Source of the DNA: an uncultured Candidatus Saccharibacteria bacterium
GTDB taxonomy: Bacteria > Patescibacteriota > Minisyncoccia > Minisyncoccales > CAYJUL01
Assembly: GCA_964401295.1 (NCBI GenBank)
Contig: CAYNXX010000003.1
Location: 1-63,927 of the forward strand
Reading direction: 5' to 3'
DNA: 63,927 nucleotides
The notes beneath the pieces are model-generated. The model was not told the origin of the DNA, made no database searches, and worked only from the letters and a program-made list of their open reading frames with translations. This document shows, piece by piece, positions 62,110 through 63,927 of the stretch; positions within the stretch are counted from its first letter, which is position 1, and each line of letters starts with the position of its first letter. The position numbers and the translations under genes are program-made.

Positions 62110-63927
62110 ACTACCAATGGATTGCCATCGTTGCCTATGGCCAAATTTATCCCTCTAGAACCGTTGGATCCCCCGGGAAGTTCTACCGTAGTGTTTCCGG
62201 CCGAGCAAAGATTATCGCCGCATTTGGTTAAACAAGTATACTGATAGGATGACGTACAATAACCGAAATAAGCAATGGTCAGCGTGTTATCTGCGGCAAT
62301 AGCCAAATCACCACCATACACGTTGGCAAGGGAAAATGTTTGATTGCCGGAAGAGCAGGAAGCGTCGCCGCAAACAACAATCTTATCGCCATAAAGTATT
62401 CTGGGCTTGCCATCCAAACCAATAGCAATCTTGATCAGGCCCGAGGCCTGATCAAAACTCCCCGTGGAAGCACCAACGGTGTTTATAATATTGCCGGAAG
62501 AACAGGAAGGATTACCGCATTTTGCAACTTTAACATACGTAGTGACCGGAAGCGAAAGCGAACTGGAAGCATAAGCAATAATTGGGTTTCCATCCTGACC
62601 AATGGCAATGTCTAAAGAGGCATCAATCATGCTAACTGTGGCGATAGTAGTTGTTGCATTGCCAGAAGAGCAGGAAAAGTTGCCGCATTTTGCAACTCGA
62701 ATAGTCCATGCGCTGTTAATATAGGCCGAATATGCAATTACCGGATTTCCGTCCTGACCAACGGCAAAAGAAATGTCAGCATCATTGTTAATAGAAGCCG
62801 GGTCAGGAGTATTGAGCGTATTTGCCAAGGAACAAGCCTCGTTGCCGCATTTTATAACCTTAAGCCCCGATCCGTCCGGTGAATAGACAATTACAGGTTT
62901 GCCGTCTTTTCCAATACCTATCGGCAAACCACGTGGTGAGGAAATGTACTGACCGCTAGTAGCATCAATAAATGTCTTTTTGCGGTTTCCGGAACAAAAT
63001 GGATCGGCGCATTTAACAACATTAACTCCGACATTAAAACCGCCGCCAGCGCTTTGCGTAGCGTAAGAAATCACGGGATTTCCGTCAGCGCCTATGGCAA
63101 TTCCAGGCCCCGCTGTGCTAACAACCGTGTCAGAAGCAATCGTGTAGTTTCTATCAAAAGAAGAACAGGTATCAGAAGTGCAATGAAAAACAGAAATGCT
63201 ACTGCCATAAGACTGATTCCATTGATCGCTACGTCCAACTATTGGATTATTTGAAGAATCGAGAATAAGGGCGAAGGCGCCGAAAAGATAAGTGCTAGAA
63301 TCCGGTCCGATATCAGCGCTTGCGCGGCTTGAACAGGAATCATTATTGCATTTTACAACGATATTATCCACAACGAATGTATTCTGATCGGATGAGGTAT
63401 AGATAAAGGTCGGATAACCGTTTGTTTTTTTTGCAAGGCCGCCCACTGAAAAAGCAGCGGTTGTTGAGCTTTGAATTGAAACGGTGGTTTTCGATGAACA
63501 AGAAGCATTAGAACATTTTGCGGCGTAAAGCGCGTAAGATTGACCTAAAAGCTGGCCTTGATTCCATTTTACATAGGCATAATCATATATAATAACGGGG
63601 TTGCCGTCGCTAGCGAAAGTTACCTGACCGTTCCAGCCATAAACATAAGTGATGCCATTGCTATCTTGAGTTGCGGTGGTCGGACCGGCAATATTAGATA
63701 CGCTATTGCCGGAAGAGCAGGAAGGATTGCCGCATTTAAGAACTTTAAAAGTAAAAGTTTCTTGATATGTAGGATAACCGCTGGTCTGGGTATCTGTCAT
63801 ATAAAGAAGTATAGGTTTATTATCTGCTCCAACGGCTAAAGCCTCGAGGCCAGATGAACTATCAAGATTATTGTTTGTATTGCCGGAAGAACAGGAAGGG
63901 TTGCCGCATTTTATCAAATTCAAACCA
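62043..63927 (-). CDS. Large repeat protein, 5'-truncated by the window end: at least 12 units of about 45-55 aa, each with a C-x4-C loop (beta-propeller-like)
   Basis: Recurrent (V/A)KCGNPSCSSGN and (I/A)(A/I)xGxDGNP(V/I)IAY motifs. The frame is open to nt 63927, and the tracked first Met is a TTG inside a repeat. Confidence 0.7.
   Translation of the reverse strand, partial: GLNLIKCGNPSCSSGNTNNNLDSSSGLEALAVGADNKPILLYMTDTQTSGYPTYQETFTFKVLKCGNPSCSSGNSVSNIAGPTTATQDSNGITYVYGWNGQVTFASDGNPVIIYDYAYVKWNQGQLLGQSYALYAAKCSNASCSSKTTVSIQSSTTAAFSVGGLAKKTNGYPTFIYTSSDQNTFVVDNIVVKCNNDSCSSRASADIGPDSSTYLFGAFALILDSSNNPIVGRSDQWNQSYGSSISVFHCTSDTCSSFDRNYTIASDTVVSTAGPGIAIGADGNPVISYATQSAGGGFNVGVNVVKCADPFCSGNRKKTFIDATSGQYISSPRGLPIGIGKDGKPVIVYSPDGSGLKVIKCGNEACSLANTLNTPDPASINNDADISFAVGQDGNPVIAYSAYINSAWTIRVAKCGNFSCSSGNATTTIATVSMIDASLDIAIGQDGNPIIAYASSSLSLPVTTYVKVAKCGNPSCSSGNIINTVGASTGSFDQASGLIKIAIGLDGKPRILYGDKIVVCGDASCSSGNQTFSLANVYGGDLAIAADNTLTIAYFGYCTSSYQYTCLTKCGDNLCSAGNTTVELPGGSNGSRGINLAIGNDGNPLVVWMDQLLSIIGLVVCADPACQK

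Noticed and set aside
63921-63923. Tracked Met start of the repeat protein
   Set aside because: The codon is a TTG inside a repeat unit, and the frame stays open to the last base of the window, so the gene is 5'-truncated by the window rather than starting here.

Overview
The window reads as a chromosomal segment of a small, moderately AT-rich bacterial genome. It uses the standard code (TGA serves as a stop, for example at 8894-8896). Gene content and protein style resemble Candidate Phyla Radiation / Patescibacteria (Parcubacteria-like) genomes. That placement is an inference from recognisable proteins, not a search result.

Layout:
(1) 1-2740: the right end of an integrated phage-like element, with a 5'-truncated terminase large subunit and a large serine recombinase abutting the 3' end of tRNA-Ser(GGA).
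(2) 2.7-34 kb: a housekeeping backbone. It carries htpX, lemA, groES-groEL with a CIRCE-like operator, a divergent ClpP-like protease, uvrA, uvrC, secG, an SBP-5 protein, tRNA-Leu(CAG) fused to rnj, trpS, PMM/PGM, rpsF-ssb-rpsR, recA, ftsK, rpoC and rpoB. It is interrupted by visibly GC-richer orphan genes, each with its own promoter and terminator, including a three-gene island with a deaminase-like protein between uvrA and uvrC.
(3) 34.3-63.9 kb: an uninterrupted array of about 30 kb on the minus strand, all cell-surface genes.
- A translationally coupled operon runs PAPS synthase, sulfotransferase, RfbB, five glycosyltransferases, Wzy_C/TPR membrane protein, Cu-site-degenerate cupredoxin, pilin with a C-terminal Ig-like domain, and an endostatin/lectin-like secreted protein.
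- Next come a 910-aa fibre protein, an FN3 membrane protein and a second Wzy_C/TPR paralogue.
- A cassette follows with two paralogous secreted proteins flanking a two-domain TM-anchored protein, reminiscent of WxL/DUF916 cell-surface-complex loci.
- The array ends with a SEDS protein, an IS200-like Y1 transposase, three minor-pilin-like genes and a large C-x4-C repeat (propeller-like) protein that runs off the window.

A perfect 21-bp palindrome, GTTTAAAGTG-T-CACTTTAAAC, occurs four times in this region, with one degenerate copy near uvrA. Two copies bracket the Y1 transposase, the classic REP/RAYT arrangement.

Most interesting candidates:
- the sulfated-glycan / O-oligosaccharyltransferase / pilin operon;
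- the WxL/DUF916-like surface cassette with a G9-tract promoter;
- the propeller-like repeat protein coupled to minor pilins;
- the REP/RAYT-like palindrome family.

All functional calls rest on motif recognition by eye. No searches were run.
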